Position numbers and translations under genes: made by a program
Notes under the pieces: model-generated
What the model was told of the DNA's origin: nothing
Seen by the model: the letters and a program-made list of their open reading frames with translations, nothing else
Database searches by the model: none
NCBI GenBank assembly: GCA_965222575.1
Contig: OZ244958.1
Coordinates: forward strand, 216,072-280,071
Source: Alphaproteobacteria bacterium
Lineage (GTDB): Bacteria; Pseudomonadota; Alphaproteobacteria; G965222575
Reading direction: 5' to 3'
DNA: 64,000 nucleotides
In this document: positions 1 to 10,271 of the stretch, piece after piece
How the letters are laid out: each line of letters begins with the position of its first letter
How positions within the stretch are numbered: position 1 is the first letter of the stretch

Positions 1-404
1 CGTTGTGCAAGTGCAATGCCGGTTCCCAAGGGGACATTTGCCCCTACAACGCCATGTCCGCCGTAAAAGTTTTTCTTCAAGGAAAACATATGCATACTAC
101 CGCCCTTCCCTTTTGAGTAGCCATTCCGCCTGCCAACGAGCTCAGCCATAACTCTCAGAGGAGACATATTCATAGCAATCATTTGACCATGGTCTCTGTA
201 AGTTGTAATGACTGCATCTTCTTTTTTAAGGACTGCAAGAACGCCTGCTACAACGGCTTCCTGTCCAAGGCACAGATGACAAAATCCCCCAATCTCGCCT
301 TTTGTGTACAGGACGCTCACGCGCTCTTCAAAACGTCTGATTCGTATCATCTGCCGATACAGCTCTATCATTTTGTCTTTTGAAAGAGAGAACTCTGTAG
401 CCAT
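1..404 (-). CDS. pdhA: pyruvate dehydrogenase E1 alpha subunit, N-terminal part (gene continues beyond window start)
   Basis: Minus-strand translation from the ATG at 404..402 gives MATEFSLSKDKMIELYRQMIRIRRFEERV...GKGGSMHMF, typical of PDH E1-alpha. The ftsB-pdhA neighbourhood is typical of alphaproteobacteria. The ORF is too short on this window to appear in the ORF track. Confidence 0.6.
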   Translation of the reverse strand, partial: MATEFSLSKDKMIELYRQMIRIRRFEERVSVLYTKGEIGGFCHLCLGQEAVVAGVLAVLKKEDAVITTYRDHGQMIAMNMSPLRVMAELVGRRNGYSKGKGGSMHMFSLKKNFYGGHGVVGANVPLGTGIALAQ

Positions 405-706
405 TATTCCTCCTTGTTTGGCAAGATGAGATATTCTGTTGGTGCGTGAAAGCCAAAGGTATCTTTTAATCGCTCTTCCAGCAAATCCATCTTTAAGGTA
501 TCAGAACTGAGATTGTTAACATGAACCGTTAAGGCTTCCACCTGTTTTTTAGTAGAGATAAGTTCTTGAGAAAGTGTTGTGCGTATGGTACGCAGCTTCC
601 AATAATCCCGTAATCCGAAATCATCCCAAACCATGCCGTAAGCTATGTACAATGACAAACACGCCAACACCACAAGACCAAAAATATATTTTAAGGATGC
701 TATCAT
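404..706 (-). CDS. ftsB: septum formation initiator (FtsB/DivIC family)
   Basis: 100 aa with an N-terminal TM helix followed by a coiled coil (KKQVEALTVHVNNLSSDTLKMDLLEERLK). Its stop overlaps the pdhA start (TAATG). Confidence 0.5.
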   Translation of the reverse strand: MIASLKYIFGLVVLACLSLYIAYGMVWDDFGLRDYWKLRTIRTTLSQELISTKKQVEALTVHVNNLSSDTLKMDLLEERLKDTFGFHAPTEYLILPNKEE

Positions 707-856
707 AGTCTATTTATTGTGACCGCTATTGATGAAATTGTCTAGTAAGAACTCAGTTCTCTCCCCTTTTCTCAAGTGTGTTGGGGGTTTTCGTCAAAGA
801 GAGGAGTAGAGACTCACCGCAACCCCTGCCTGCTTTATGGAGAAGAGGGGGGACTA

Positions 857-1369
857 CTAGTTTTCAGTAGGCACTGGTTGTGGCTGTAGGACGGACACAA
901 AGTTTGCTTCTGCTGTCATGTGATCATTGACGGTGCAGAAGCCTTTAAGGGAAAAGAATCGTTTCCCGCGCAGAGGTCTATCTGTGTCTACGATTACCTT
1001 AACAATCATAACATCTCCGGGCAGGACGGGGCGTTTGAAGACGAGGTTTGTGACTTTGACAAGATAGGGAGTCATGTGTCTGAGTTCATCAGTAGAGGTA
1101 TCGCGTGGAAACCATGGTTGTTTAGAGAAAGCTTCTAAGGATAAATAAATAAATAAAAGGCCTGTTTGGGCAATACTTTCCATTTGCAGGACGCCGGGCA
1201 TGATAGGATTGTTTGGGAAGTGTCCCTGAAAAAAAGGTTCGTTATAGGAAAGGTTTTTTTGACAGGTGATGGTTTTCCCTTTTTGTATGTCAAGGATTTT
1301 ATCCACCATGAGGAAGGGTGCCCTATGGGGTAGGAGACTTAAAATCTCTTCAATGGAAGATTTTGTCAT
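857..1369 (-). CDS. fabZ: 3-hydroxyacyl-ACP dehydratase FabZ
   Basis: LPHRAPFLMVDKILD...HFPNNPIMPGVLQMESIAQ hot-dog fold motifs. Confidence 0.8.
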   Translation of the reverse strand: MTKSSIEEILSLLPHRAPFLMVDKILDIQKGKTITCQKNLSYNEPFFQGHFPNNPIMPGVLQMESIAQTGLLFIYLSLEAFSKQPWFPRDTSTDELRHMTPYLVKVTNLVFKRPVLPGDVMIVKVIVDTDRPLRGKRFFSLKGFCTVNDHMTAEANFVSVLQPQPVPTEN

Positions 1370-1400
1370 GTCTCTACTTTTCCCATCATTGAGGTTTATA

Positions 1401-1967
1401 TTATTGTAGGGCTTTTGGTTTGTCTAAGGTAACGTTAGGCAAAGTGGCATCAAGTTTTTTTAAGAATTCCACAGTGAGGTCTAGGGAGAAGTGAAAATAA
1501 ATAGCGGATTCTCTTTGTAGCACGGCCATGACTTTTTGACTTTTGCCGTAATCAGCCACGAGTTTGCTTAAGGCATAGAAGATTTCATCATTAGCTTTTT
1601 CCATAGAGTTTTTGAGTTCATTTTCAGTTCTTTGGACATCTTCTTGGAATCCGAGGACGTTGCGGGCGAATTTTTGTCGTTCCAGCGCCCAGACTTCGGG
1701 AGAGACGAGCTCTTGGCTTTTTTCTAAGGCTAAGTCTTGTTCTTTTAGTTTTTCCTGTAGAGGCGTGAAGTAGATTTGTAATTTTTTCTTATGGTCTTCC
1801 AGTTGTTTTTCCACATCGGCATAAGCCTTTGAGTTTTTGACGACCTTTTCAAAGTCTACGAAAATGACTTTTCCCTCTAAGGATTCGGCAATGACAGGGT
1901 TAACGACGAACAGGCAAGCGGCCAGTGAGAAGAGTCCGCAAGAAAGATAAAAGCTGAAACGAGGCAT
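1401..1967 (-). CDS. skp: OmpH/Skp family periplasmic chaperone
   Basis: Signal peptide followed by a lysine- and glutamate-rich coiled coil. Position directly downstream of bamA fits skp. Confidence 0.6.
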   Translation of the reverse strand: MPRFSFYLSCGLFSLAACLFVVNPVIAESLEGKVIFVDFEKVVKNSKAYADVEKQLEDHKKKLQIYFTPLQEKLKEQDLALEKSQELVSPEVWALERQKFARNVLGFQEDVQRTENELKNSMEKANDEIFYALSKLVADYGKSQKVMAVLQRESAIYFHFSLDLTVEFLKKLDATLPNVTLDKPKALQ

Positions 1968-2009
1968 AAGAGGTCTCCTTGAAAATAATGTTAGGGAAGT
2001 TCTATCATA

Positions 2010-4277
2010 CTAAAATAGCGTACCAATGGAAAACAAAAAATATTGTGTTCTATCATAAGGTTCTGACCTGAGGACTTTTGTCCAGCTGAATTGGAGTTGT
2101 CCGGCGGGAGAATTCCAGATAAAAGCAAATCCTGTTGTGAGGCGGATTTTGCTACTATCCCAGTAGGAGCCTACGTTAGAGCCTGCATCAATTTTCGAAA
2201 GATTGCCCGCAAGAAGAAAAAACTTGCCAAAGAAACCAAGGCCTTGAGAGATAGGAAACTTCACAGAGCCCTCTGCTAAGTAATAAAAGTTTCCGCCTAA
2301 AGCTTCAAGTCGTCTTTTATCTCTAGGGCCTATGCCCCAATAGTCGAAGCCTAAGAATTCGTGTCCCCCTAAATTGAAGCGCTGCCCTGACTTGATGGTT
2401 CCCTGTCCAATGCCTGTGACATGCCCTATTTTGAAGATAGTCTGTAAGGTAAAGGTTTGGGATAAGGGATAGTAATGACTATACTTTGCTGTTGTTCTCA
2501 GATACTTATTGTGACCGCCGAGACCGGCGAGGTCTTGACTCCATCGTAAAGCAAGACCTCTTGTGGGATAGTAATAGTTATTGGTTAAGTTGTAATTGAG
2601 GGTATAGCCAACGCTTGAGGTATAAGAGACTCCTTCTTTATCCTTTAGGAGGTCGGAGGTTGCTTCTGGTAAATCCGTGATGAATGTTCTTGTTAAGGAG
2701 TAACGTGCTGATTGCGTTAAATTAGAAGTATACCGCCATCCGAAGCTTACTCCTGTTCCAATGGTGTTACCGTTGTAAGAATAATAGGTTCCTTTTTTGT
2801 AATTCTGTTTATAAAGATGCAAAGTTGCCGATAAGGGCAGTCCGCGAAATCTTGGCTCTGTATAGCTGAAGTTAATGCTAGAGGTTCCTTTTGAAGTATC
2901 CAAGGTGAGATTTATACCCCGTCCTGTTCCCATGAAGTTATTTTCGCCGAAATCAATCTGTAAGGAAAAGCCCTCAAGATTAGAATATCCGCCGCCAATC
3001 ATGAATCGACCAGTAGGCTGTTCTTTGACACTCACATTGAGAACGACCCACCCCTCTTTACTAGCTGGTTCTGTGGTGATAGAGACATTGGCAAAGAAGC
3101 CCGTTGCCATGAGTCGTCTTTCTGACTGTTTGAGGAAAATGTCATTGAAGGCATCCCCTTCTACAATGAGGAGTTCGCGTCTAATGACGCGGTCGTATGT
3201 TCTAGTATTCCCATAGATGCGGATTTTATCCACATACTGGTAGGGAGCTTGTTGCACGAGGAAGTGGAGATCCACAGTGGAGGCGGTATGATTTAAGGAG
3301 AGTTTTGGCATAATAGTGAGGAAGACATCATGTCCTTGCTTAAAGTTGCGGATAAGAGAATCCACAAGGTCATCCACAGCGAAATAGTTATAGACATGCC
3401 CGGGTTTGAGGGTAATGCGTTTTCTGAGGGCGTCGAGGTCTACATAGGAGACTTCTGAGTCGACAGTAATTTTGCCATAGCGGTACAAGTCCCCTTCTTC
3501 AATGACAAAGGTGAGGACTAAAGCCTGTTGATTGGCCATCAGTTCTGTGACAGAGGCGGTGACTTTCACATCAGCATATCCCCGCGATAAATAGTATTGC
3601 ATAATAAGCGACTGGTCATAAGCGATTCTATCGTTATCATACACCGAGGTAGCGGACGAAAATCGCAAGCCCTTACGTTCTTTAGAAATAATGACTTTTC
3701 GTAATGTTCTATCTGAGAAGACATGGTTACCGGAAAAGAGGATTTTTTCGATTTTACGTTTTGCACCAGAAAAGAGCTCAAAGACAACATCCACACGATT
3801 TTGGGTTCTATAAATGAGTTTAGGGGTGACTTTAGCGGCAAAGTATCCATTTTTAGAAAAGAGCTGTAAAATGCGGTTGACATCCGCTTCGAGTTTTCGT
3901 TTTGTGTAAGGGGCTCTGGATTTGAGGAGCAGGTCAGCACGCAAGGTATCATCTGAGAGTTTGGTAGACCCTTCAAAGAAGATTTTATTCACAATAGGCG
4001 TTTCTTTGACCGTAATGACTAAGACATTATCAGCTTGCATGGTGAAGGAGACATCTTCAAAGAGTCCCGTTTTATAGAGGTTTTTAAGAGCAGCATCCAG
4101 GATTTCATCGGTAATGACCATCTGTTTGCCTAAAGCGACATAAGAGAGGATGGTTTCTGTCTGTACTCTTTTGTTCCCGACGCACAGGACTTTTGAGATA
4201 GTCCAGGTACGGGCACTAAGGGGCTGTGACAAGAGCGGCGTCAGGAGAAAGAGCAAGAAGAGGAGGCGTTTCATCAT
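2010..4277 (-). CDS. bamA: outer membrane protein assembly factor BamA
   Basis: POTRA repeats plus a C-terminal beta-barrel ending in an aromatic residue. Likely start is MMKRLLFLLF (signal peptide) at 4277/4274, with the ATG overlapping the rseP stop (ATGATGA). Confidence 0.85.
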   Translation of the reverse strand: MMKRLLFLLFLLTPLLSQPLSARTWTISKVLCVGNKRVQTETILSYVALGKQMVITDEILDAALKNLYKTGLFEDVSFTMQADNVLVITVKETPIVNKIFFEGSTKLSDDTLRADLLLKSRAPYTKRKLEADVNRILQLFSKNGYFAAKVTPKLIYRTQNRVDVVFELFSGAKRKIEKILFSGNHVFSDRTLRKVIISKERKGLRFSSATSVYDNDRIAYDQSLIMQYYLSRGYADVKVTASVTELMANQQALVLTFVIEEGDLYRYGKITVDSEVSYVDLDALRKRITLKPGHVYNYFAVDDLVDSLIRNFKQGHDVFLTIMPKLSLNHTASTVDLHFLVQQAPYQYVDKIRIYGNTRTYDRVIRRELLIVEGDAFNDIFLKQSERRLMATGFFANVSITTEPASKEGWVVLNVSVKEQPTGRFMIGGGYSNLEGFSLQIDFGENNFMGTGRGINLTLDTSKGTSSINFSYTEPRFRGLPLSATLHLYKQNYKKGTYYSYNGNTIGTGVSFGWRYTSNLTQSARYSLTRTFITDLPEATSDLLKDKEGVSYTSSVGYTLNYNLTNNYYYPTRGLALRWSQDLAGLGGHNKYLRTTAKYSHYYPLSQTFTLQTIFKIGHVTGIGQGTIKSGQRFNLGGHEFLGFDYWGIGPRDKRRLEALGGNFYYLAEGSVKFPISQGLGFFGKFFLLAGNLSKIDAGSNVGSYWDSSKIRLTTGFAFIWNSPAGQLQFSWTKVLRSEPYDRTQYFLFSIGTLF

Positions 4278-5335
4278 GAGAAAAAAGTCAAGATATCGTT
4301 CCATGTTGCAAAGAGGATTAAGGCAATCAACAGGCATGCACCAGCAATCATGAGAAGTTCTTGGAAACGTCTAGGCAGTGGTTTTCCTATAAGGCCTTCT
4401 AGGAGATAGAAGAGCAAATGCCCTCCATCTAAAGCAGGAATAGGCAAGAGGTTGAGCAGGCCGAGGCTAATAGATAAGAGCGCTGTGAAATTAATCAGTG
4501 GAGCGAGTCCAGCACGTGCGGCTTCTCCGGACATTTTTGCAATACCAACAGGACCAGCTAAGGAGTCTATAGGCGTTTTTTTCACAAACAAGCCGCCAAC
4601 AGCGCGCGCAATCATCACAGTTAAGTCGTAAACTCTCCTGAGGCTTTGGAAGAGAGCTTGCGGAGGGGAGAGCAACTGATAGGCATACTGTCCACTGCTC
4701 ATAATCCCCAGTCTGCCCGGCGATACAGAAGCACTGGAACGGTCTAGTACAACAGAAAGTTCCGCCTCATCACGCCTGATGAGAATGTGAAAAGGGAGAC
4801 TGGGGGATTGTTGAAAGAATTGTACGATATCATTAAAGGTAGCAACTTGTGTGTCCCCTAAGGCTAGGATACGGTCGCCTGCTTTCAGTCCTATGGTAGA
4901 AGCCGCAGAATTGTTCTGTACCTTTCCAATAACGGGAGCAAGTTGCGGCTGTCCCGCAACAGTATAGAGAGCGACCAAGAGCAGTAGCGCTAAGGCAAAA
5001 TTCGCAACAGGTCCCGCTAGCACCACCAAGACTCTGGAGAGCAAAGGGTATTGCCAAAATTCCTTATGGTTTGGTTGGGGAATAGGGGGGGGGCGTTTCT
5101 TATCCGGAGGCAGCATATCCCCTTGGAACTTGACATATCCCCCTAGAGGAATGGAGGCAATTTGAAAGGAGGTGTTGCCTTTTGATTGCCACTTGTAAAG
5201 AGGCTTGCCAAAGCCTATAGAGAAGATTTTCGCCCTAATACCACAGGCCTTGCCAACCCAAAAGTGTCCCGCCTCGTGAACAAGGACAAGGAGGAAAAAG
5301 ATAAGAAGAAATGTCAAAAGTGAGAGAACAATCAT
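4274..5335 (-). CDS. rseP: RIP zinc metalloprotease RseP (site-2 protease)
   Basis: HEAGHFWVG motif, a PDZ domain and a C-terminal LDGG motif. The coding sequence contains a G9-10 homopolymer. Confidence 0.85.
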   Translation of the reverse strand: MIVLSLLTFLLIFFLLVLVHEAGHFWVGKACGIRAKIFSIGFGKPLYKWQSKGNTSFQIASIPLGGYVKFQGDMLPPDKKRPPPIPQPNHKEFWQYPLLSRVLVVLAGPVANFALALLLLVALYTVAGQPQLAPVIGKVQNNSAASTIGLKAGDRILALGDTQVATFNDIVQFFQQSPSLPFHILIRRDEAELSVVLDRSSASVSPGRLGIMSSGQYAYQLLSPPQALFQSLRRVYDLTVMIARAVGGLFVKKTPIDSLAGPVGIAKMSGEAARAGLAPLINFTALLSISLGLLNLLPIPALDGGHLLFYLLEGLIGKPLPRRFQELLMIAGACLLIALILFATWNDILTFFS

Positions 5336-6522
5336 GAAAGGGCTTCGTATTGCGGGCGTTGTTGTAGCGTTTGTAAGGTGAGTTTTCTCGTCTGCTGATT
5401 CACCTCACTGATATCTTTGAAATCTCGCATAGTACTCTGTTGCCTTGTTTTAGAAAAACACTCCATGACGCTATGTATGAGAGGAATAATATCTAAAAAA
5501 CTGATTTTTCGTTGAAAGAAAGCTTCTGCGACCACTTCATTAGCAGCATTAAAAGCACAACAAGCAGCCTGCCCTAAGGCAGCAGCTTCCCGCGCGATGC
5601 TAACAGCAGAGAAGACCTCTTCGTCTAAAGCGTCGAAGGTGAGGTGTTGCATCTGTGTTAAAGACAAGATAGGAGACAAGATATCACGTTCTTCTGGCCA
5701 TTGCCAAGCATAAGCTAAAGAGACTTCCATGGACGGGGGAGACAGGAACGCTATGATAGTGCCATCCTGTTTTGTCACCAGTGCATGAACAATGCACTGT
5801 GGGTGAAGGACGACCTCAATTGTGTGAGGAGGCGTGTTGAAGAGGACGGAGGCTTCAATAATTTCCATGCCTTTGTTGACGAGGGTTGCGGAGTCCAAAG
5901 AGATTTTTTTCCCCATAGACCATGTTGGGTGATTAACAGCCTGTTCGGGGGTGATTTGTTTCATTTTGTGTTTTGGGAGGTCTCTGAAGGGCCCTCCTGA
6001 AGCGGTGAGGGTTAGGGTATGGAAGGGTGAGGGGGTGTTCAGTCCGTTGAGGAGGCGAAACAGGGCATGATGTTCTGAGTCTACGGGGATGATGGAGGTC
6101 TCTGAGGCGGCGGCGATTTTTTGCAAGAGTTTGCCTGCGCAAACGACGGTTTCTTTATTAGCCAAAGCGAGAACCCGCGCCGCTTTAGCAGCAGCCAAAG
6201 TCGCAGGGACGCCGTCAAAGCCTGAGATAGCCGCTAAAGTCCAATCGACCTTAATAGAAGCAATCTCTTCAAGGGCTTTTTCTCCATAACTAACAGAGAT
6301 AGGGAACTGTTTCAGTGCTGCCTTGAGAATTCTCGCCTCTCCTAAAGAGGCAACAACGGCATGGCAAGGCAAAAAGCGCCGGCATTGTTGTATCATCACT
6401 TGGAGATTACGATGTCCGGTGAGTGCTACAACTTGAAAGCTTTTTGGTGGGAGACGGTTGAGAATATTCAACGCCTGTCTTCCAACGCATCCAGTAGAGC
6501 CTAAAATGGTGATTCGTCTCAT
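5332..6522 (-). CDS. dxr: 1-deoxy-D-xylulose 5-phosphate reductoisomerase
   Basis: ITILGSTGCVG N-terminus and full-length Dxr similarity. Confidence 0.9.
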   Translation of the reverse strand: MRRITILGSTGCVGRQALNILNRLPPKSFQVVALTGHRNLQVMIQQCRRFLPCHAVVASLGEARILKAALKQFPISVSYGEKALEEIASIKVDWTLAAISGFDGVPATLAAAKAARVLALANKETVVCAGKLLQKIAAASETSIIPVDSEHHALFRLLNGLNTPSPFHTLTLTASGGPFRDLPKHKMKQITPEQAVNHPTWSMGKKISLDSATLVNKGMEIIEASVLFNTPPHTIEVVLHPQCIVHALVTKQDGTIIAFLSPPSMEVSLAYAWQWPEERDILSPILSLTQMQHLTFDALDEEVFSAVSIAREAAALGQAACCAFNAANEVVAEAFFQRKISFLDIIPLIHSVMECFSKTRQQSTMRDFKDISEVNQQTRKLTLQTLQQRPQYEALS

Positions 6523-6528
6523 GGGGGG

Positions 6529-7404
6529 TTAGAGGAGTATGAAGAGGTAAAGAGCATAAAAGCAAGTAGCAGGGAGAAAACCATCCCATCTGTCCCAGAT
6601 TCCGCCGTGTCCGGGCATAATGTTGCCGGTATTTTTGAGACCGCAACGGCGTTTGAGGAAAGAGAGGACAAGGTCACCGATTTGCACGATACAAGCGAGG
6701 GCAGCGGCTAGGAACAGGGGGGCGAAGAGGTGTGGGTTTTGGAGCGGAAAGGTTTGGGGGAAGAAGGAGCTGAAGAATGTACCAAAGGCTATAGCGCAGA
6801 AGAAACCGCCAAAGAATCCTATCCAAGTTTTGTTGGGAGAAGCAAGTGGCAAGAGTCTCCAAGGGAAGAAGCGTCTGAAGACGGCGCCAAAAAAAAAAGC
6901 AAAGGCATCCATACTCCAGACAACGACAAAGAGCCAAAGCATGAAAGCGGTTCCTGTTGGGTAAGAGAGGATGAAGAGGAAGGCCAGGGGAAAAGCTAAG
7001 ACATAGAGGTATCCTAAGATGAGGGCTATGCCATCACGCGTGGTGTTGAAGGTTGCAAGGGCAAGGAGGAGGACTGAGAGGGCAATGGCTATAAGATAGA
7101 GGAAGTGTTCGTTCTGGGAGAGGAGAGGGAAAGCGATGACAGGCCAAGAGACAAGGGGTATTGTGATGAGAAAAAGAGGATTTGTAAGGCGGAGGTGCCA
7201 TTTTTTTTTCTGTATTTCATGAGTGGGGAGGAGGAGAGGAAGTCCTTCATAGATGAGGAGAGCAAGCGGCAAGAGGAGGAGCCACCGCATACTAGGGTCT
7301 TCTAGTAACAGTAAGGAAAGCAACATGACAATCACATAAAGAGAGCCTGAGAGGCACCGCAAGGCACTATCATGTGGAAGAGAAAAGTATTGTAACCAGT
7401 GCAT
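6529..7404 (-). CDS. cdsA: phosphatidate cytidylyltransferase
   Basis: Polytopic membrane protein with a C-terminal GHGGxxDRxD-like motif (PGHGGIWDRWD). True start is uncertain. Confidence 0.7.
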   Translation of the reverse strand: MHWLQYFSLPHDSALRCLSGSLYVIVMLLSLLLLEDPSMRWLLLLPLALLIYEGLPLLLPTHEIQKKKWHLRLTNPLFLITIPLVSWPVIAFPLLSQNEHFLYLIAIALSVLLLALATFNTTRDGIALILGYLYVLAFPLAFLFILSYPTGTAFMLWLFVVVWSMDAFAFFFGAVFRRFFPWRLLPLASPNKTWIGFFGGFFCAIAFGTFFSSFFPQTFPLQNPHLFAPLFLAAALACIVQIGDLVLSFLKRRCGLKNTGNIMPGHGGIWDRWDGFLPATCFYALYLFILL

Positions 7405-7439
7405 ACTAGAAGTTGAGGAATGAGAGTGGGGGGGAGGGG

Positions 7440-8144
7440 TTAGAGACTGCCGTAAGACCTATTACGCTTTGAATAAAGGTTTATTATCTCACTAAAAAGG
7501 TCTTGTGTAAAGTCTGGCCAAAGGACTTTAGGGAAGGCAAGTTCGGCGTAAGCGGCTTGCCAGAGGAAGAAGTTACTTAATCGGCATTGTTTGCCGGTTC
7601 TGATGATGAGGTCTGGAGGGGGCAGGAGATGGGTCATGAGGTTTTTTTCTATGGTCTCTTCAGAGATTTCCAGGGGGTCTATCAGGCCTTTTTTGACTTG
7701 TTGTGCAATCTGTTTTGTAGCGTTTAAGAGGTCATGTTTTCCGCCATAGTGGAAAGCAATGGTGAGGGTGAGGCTTGGGCGGGTGATGGAGGAGGCTTCA
7801 TGGGTCATCATTTGGGAGATATCCTGTGGTAGGGACTGTATTTTGCCGATGAACTGAAGGTGAATATTGTGTTGGAGGAAAAAGTTTTGATATTGAGGGA
7901 AAGCAGATCTGAAGAGGTTATAGAGCAAGGTAATTTCACTTTGTTTTCTGCTTTTATTTTCAGTGGAGAAGGCGAACAAAGTGAGGTATTGGATATGGCT
8001 AGAAACGGCTTGTTGGGTAATACGTTTTGCGACTTCTATGCCTTCTGTGTAGGCTGTTTTCATGGGGAGGTTTTTCTGTTGTGCCCATCGTCTATTACCA
8101 TCCATGATACAAGCGACATGGCGTGGTGTTGTTGAACGTGTCAT
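7440..8144 (-). CDS. uppS: undecaprenyl diphosphate synthase
   Basis: HVACIMDGNRRWA motif. Confidence 0.85.
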   Translation of the reverse strand: MTRSTTPRHVACIMDGNRRWAQQKNLPMKTAYTEGIEVAKRITQQAVSSHIQYLTLFAFSTENKSRKQSEITLLYNLFRSAFPQYQNFFLQHNIHLQFIGKIQSLPQDISQMMTHEASSITRPSLTLTIAFHYGGKHDLLNATKQIAQQVKKGLIDPLEISEETIEKNLMTHLLPPPDLIIRTGKQCRLSNFFLWQAAYAELAFPKVLWPDFTQDLFSEIINLYSKRNRSYGSL

Positions 8145-8674
8145 GAAGGTTTTAAGATATCTTGTTCTTTCGCGGTAGCAAGTTCATGGATTTGTGCGAT
8201 TTTTTCTTCAGTGAGTTTATTGAGTTGTTTTTTCAGCCTGTGTAATTCGTCCTGAGAGGGTGTTTGTGTTTTGATATTGTCCAAGGCGGAGCGTCTTACA
8301 TTTCGGACAGCCACGCGGGTGCTTTCTGCGTATTGGGCAACAAGTTTCGCCATTTCTTTTCGTCTTTGTTGAGAAAGAGGTGGCACATTGAGGCGTATAA
8401 TATTGCCGTCTCTTTGGGGGGTGAGGCCGAGATGGGATTTCAGAAGACTTTTCTCAACGTTCTCAATATTGTTTTCGTCCCACACTTGAACAGTCAGCAG
8501 TTGCGGTTGCGGGGCGGCTAGACTAGCCATTTGAGACAGCTTCATTTTCGCACCATAAGATTGAATCTCTAGGTGTTCCAGCAACCCAACATGCGCTTGC
8601 CCCGCTCTGATACCGCTGAGTTCCGTTTTGAACACCTCCACAGCCCCCTGCATGCGTTTTTCAAAATCCCTCAT
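8141..8674 (-). CDS. frr: ribosome recycling factor
   Basis: 177 aa with Frr-like sequence throughout. Confidence 0.9.
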   Translation of the reverse strand: MRDFEKRMQGAVEVFKTELSGIRAGQAHVGLLEHLEIQSYGAKMKLSQMASLAAPQPQLLTVQVWDENNIENVEKSLLKSHLGLTPQRDGNIIRLNVPPLSQQRRKEMAKLVAQYAESTRVAVRNVRRSALDNIKTQTPSQDELHRLKKQLNKLTEEKIAQIHELATAKEQDILKPS

Positions 8675-9396
8675 TCGTTCTTTGCATTGTTTCCTACAAG
8701 TGTAAAGCTCCCCTTTAATTGAACGACCTTTAACAACTCCTGCATTTTACAAACTAAGATAGGGAGGTCATTATCCCGTGCTAAGGTTACAGCAGAAGCA
8801 TCCATCACTTTGAGATTTTGATTCAGCATTTCTTGATAAGAAAGAGAGGGATACCTGATAGCTTTAGGGTCTTTTTTAGGATCGCACGAATAAATACCAT
8901 CAACGCCCGTTCCTTTAATTAAGACCTCACAATCCAACTCATTGGCGCGAATAGCCGCTGCAGTATCCGTTGTGAAGAAAGGGATACCTAGTCCGCCACT
9001 GAGAATCACAAGGCGATTTTTGCTCAAGTGCGCAGTAGCGCGGCGTGGGATATAAGGCTCACAAATAGTATCCATCCGCACAGCGCTCATCATACGGGTT
9101 TGTCGTCCTAAAGATTCTAAAGCTTCTTGGATGAAGAGGCTATTTTTGATGGTAGCGAGCATGCCGACTTGGTCTGCTACTGCGCGTTTCATACCGGCTT
9201 TTTGTCCTACGCGGCCGCGAAAAATATTGCCGCCGCCAATGACCAGAGCGACCTCTATGCCTAAATTGCAAATACAATCAATAGTTTGCACAAAGCGATT
9301 AACAGCAGAGAAGTCAAAGCCAAAGGCATTCTTGCCCGCTAAAGACTCGCCGGAGCATTTCAATAAGACCCGTTTATAAGGCAGGGCTAAGGTCAA
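8671..9396 (-). CDS. pyrH: UMP kinase
   Basis: KRVLLKCSGESLAG N-terminus. Confidence 0.9.
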   Translation of the reverse strand: MTLALPYKRVLLKCSGESLAGKNAFGFDFSAVNRFVQTIDCICNLGIEVALVIGGGNIFRGRVGQKAGMKRAVADQVGMLATIKNSLFIQEALESLGRQTRMMSAVRMDTICEPYIPRRATAHLSKNRLVILSGGLGIPFFTTDTAAAIRANELDCEVLIKGTGVDGIYSCDPKKDPKAIRYPSLSYQEMLNQNLKVMDASAVTLARDNDLPILVCKMQELLKVVQLKGSFTLVGNNAKNE

Positions 9397-10271
9397 GTAT
9401 GACCTCCCTCCCCTAAGGCAAATCGGGTGAAGGCTTCCACAGCATGCCCTTGAAGGATATCATCAACAGTTTTATCAGGCGTCATGACAAAGGGTTGTTT
9501 GAGCAGGACAACATCGCCATAGAATTTTGCCATTCGTCCTTCCACTATCTTAGAGAGGAGTTTTTTCGGTTTCCCTGCGGCTATTGCCTGTTCCGTGAGT
9601 ATTTGTTGTTCGCGTTGGATAAGGGTTGGGTCTAAGCTTTCCACATCCACCGCAACAGGAGCACTTGCCGCAATATGTAGAGCGACTTTGCGTCCAAGGT
9701 CAGAAGCGTTATTGTCTTTGTGACATATACTCACTAGGACGCCAATGCGACCGAGATTTTCCGCGTAAGCATTATGGACATAGGAAGCGATGACGCCCTG
9801 TGACGTGTTGAGGGAAGCGACTCTTGCAAGAGCAAGATTTTCTCCAACAGACGCCATGGTCTCCTGTAGGGCTTGTGCAACAGTAAAGTCCGGTTTCTCA
9901 GGAAGGGAAGCCTTGAGCAAGGTGGAAACAGTAAGGTCACCCTTCAGGATTAAAGCCGCTTGCCCTACCTGTTGGACAAGGGTTTGAAAGGTTTTATTAC
10001 GGGCAACAAAATCTGTCTCTGCATTAATCTCTACCAGCACAGCACGGGTCGCTTCAGTATTGACAAGTGCACACACAAGGCCTTCTAGGGCAACACGCAT
10101 GGCTCTTGATGCCGCCTTCGCTACGCCTTTTTTACGCAGCAATGCCACTGCTTCCGCCCCATCACCGCCCGCTTCCTCTAAGGCTTTCTTACAATCCAAA
10201 ATCCCCACACCCGTTTGCCGCCGCAACGCTAAAAGTGCTTCAGAAGAAAAAGACTTAGTCCTCTTTTGCAT
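9393..10271 (-). CDS. tsf: elongation factor Ts
   Basis: TGVGILDCKKAL motif. The N-terminus is about 8 aa longer than usual and overlaps the rpsB 3' end. Confidence 0.9.
   Translation of the reverse strand: MQKRTKSFSSEALLALRRQTGVGILDCKKALEEAGGDGAEAVALLRKKGVAKAASRAMRVALEGLVCALVNTEATRAVLVEINAETDFVARNKTFQTLVQQVGQAALILKGDLTVSTLLKASLPEKPDFTVAQALQETMASVGENLALARVASLNTSQGVIASYVHNAYAENLGRIGVLVSICHKDNNASDLGRKVALHIAASAPVAVDVESLDPTLIQREQQILTEQAIAAGKPKKLLSKIVEGRMAKFYGDVVLLKQPFVMTPDKTVDDILQGHAVEAFTRFALGEGGHT

Noticed and set aside
183-383. 66-aa plus-strand ORF
   Set aside because: Antisense shadow within pdhA.
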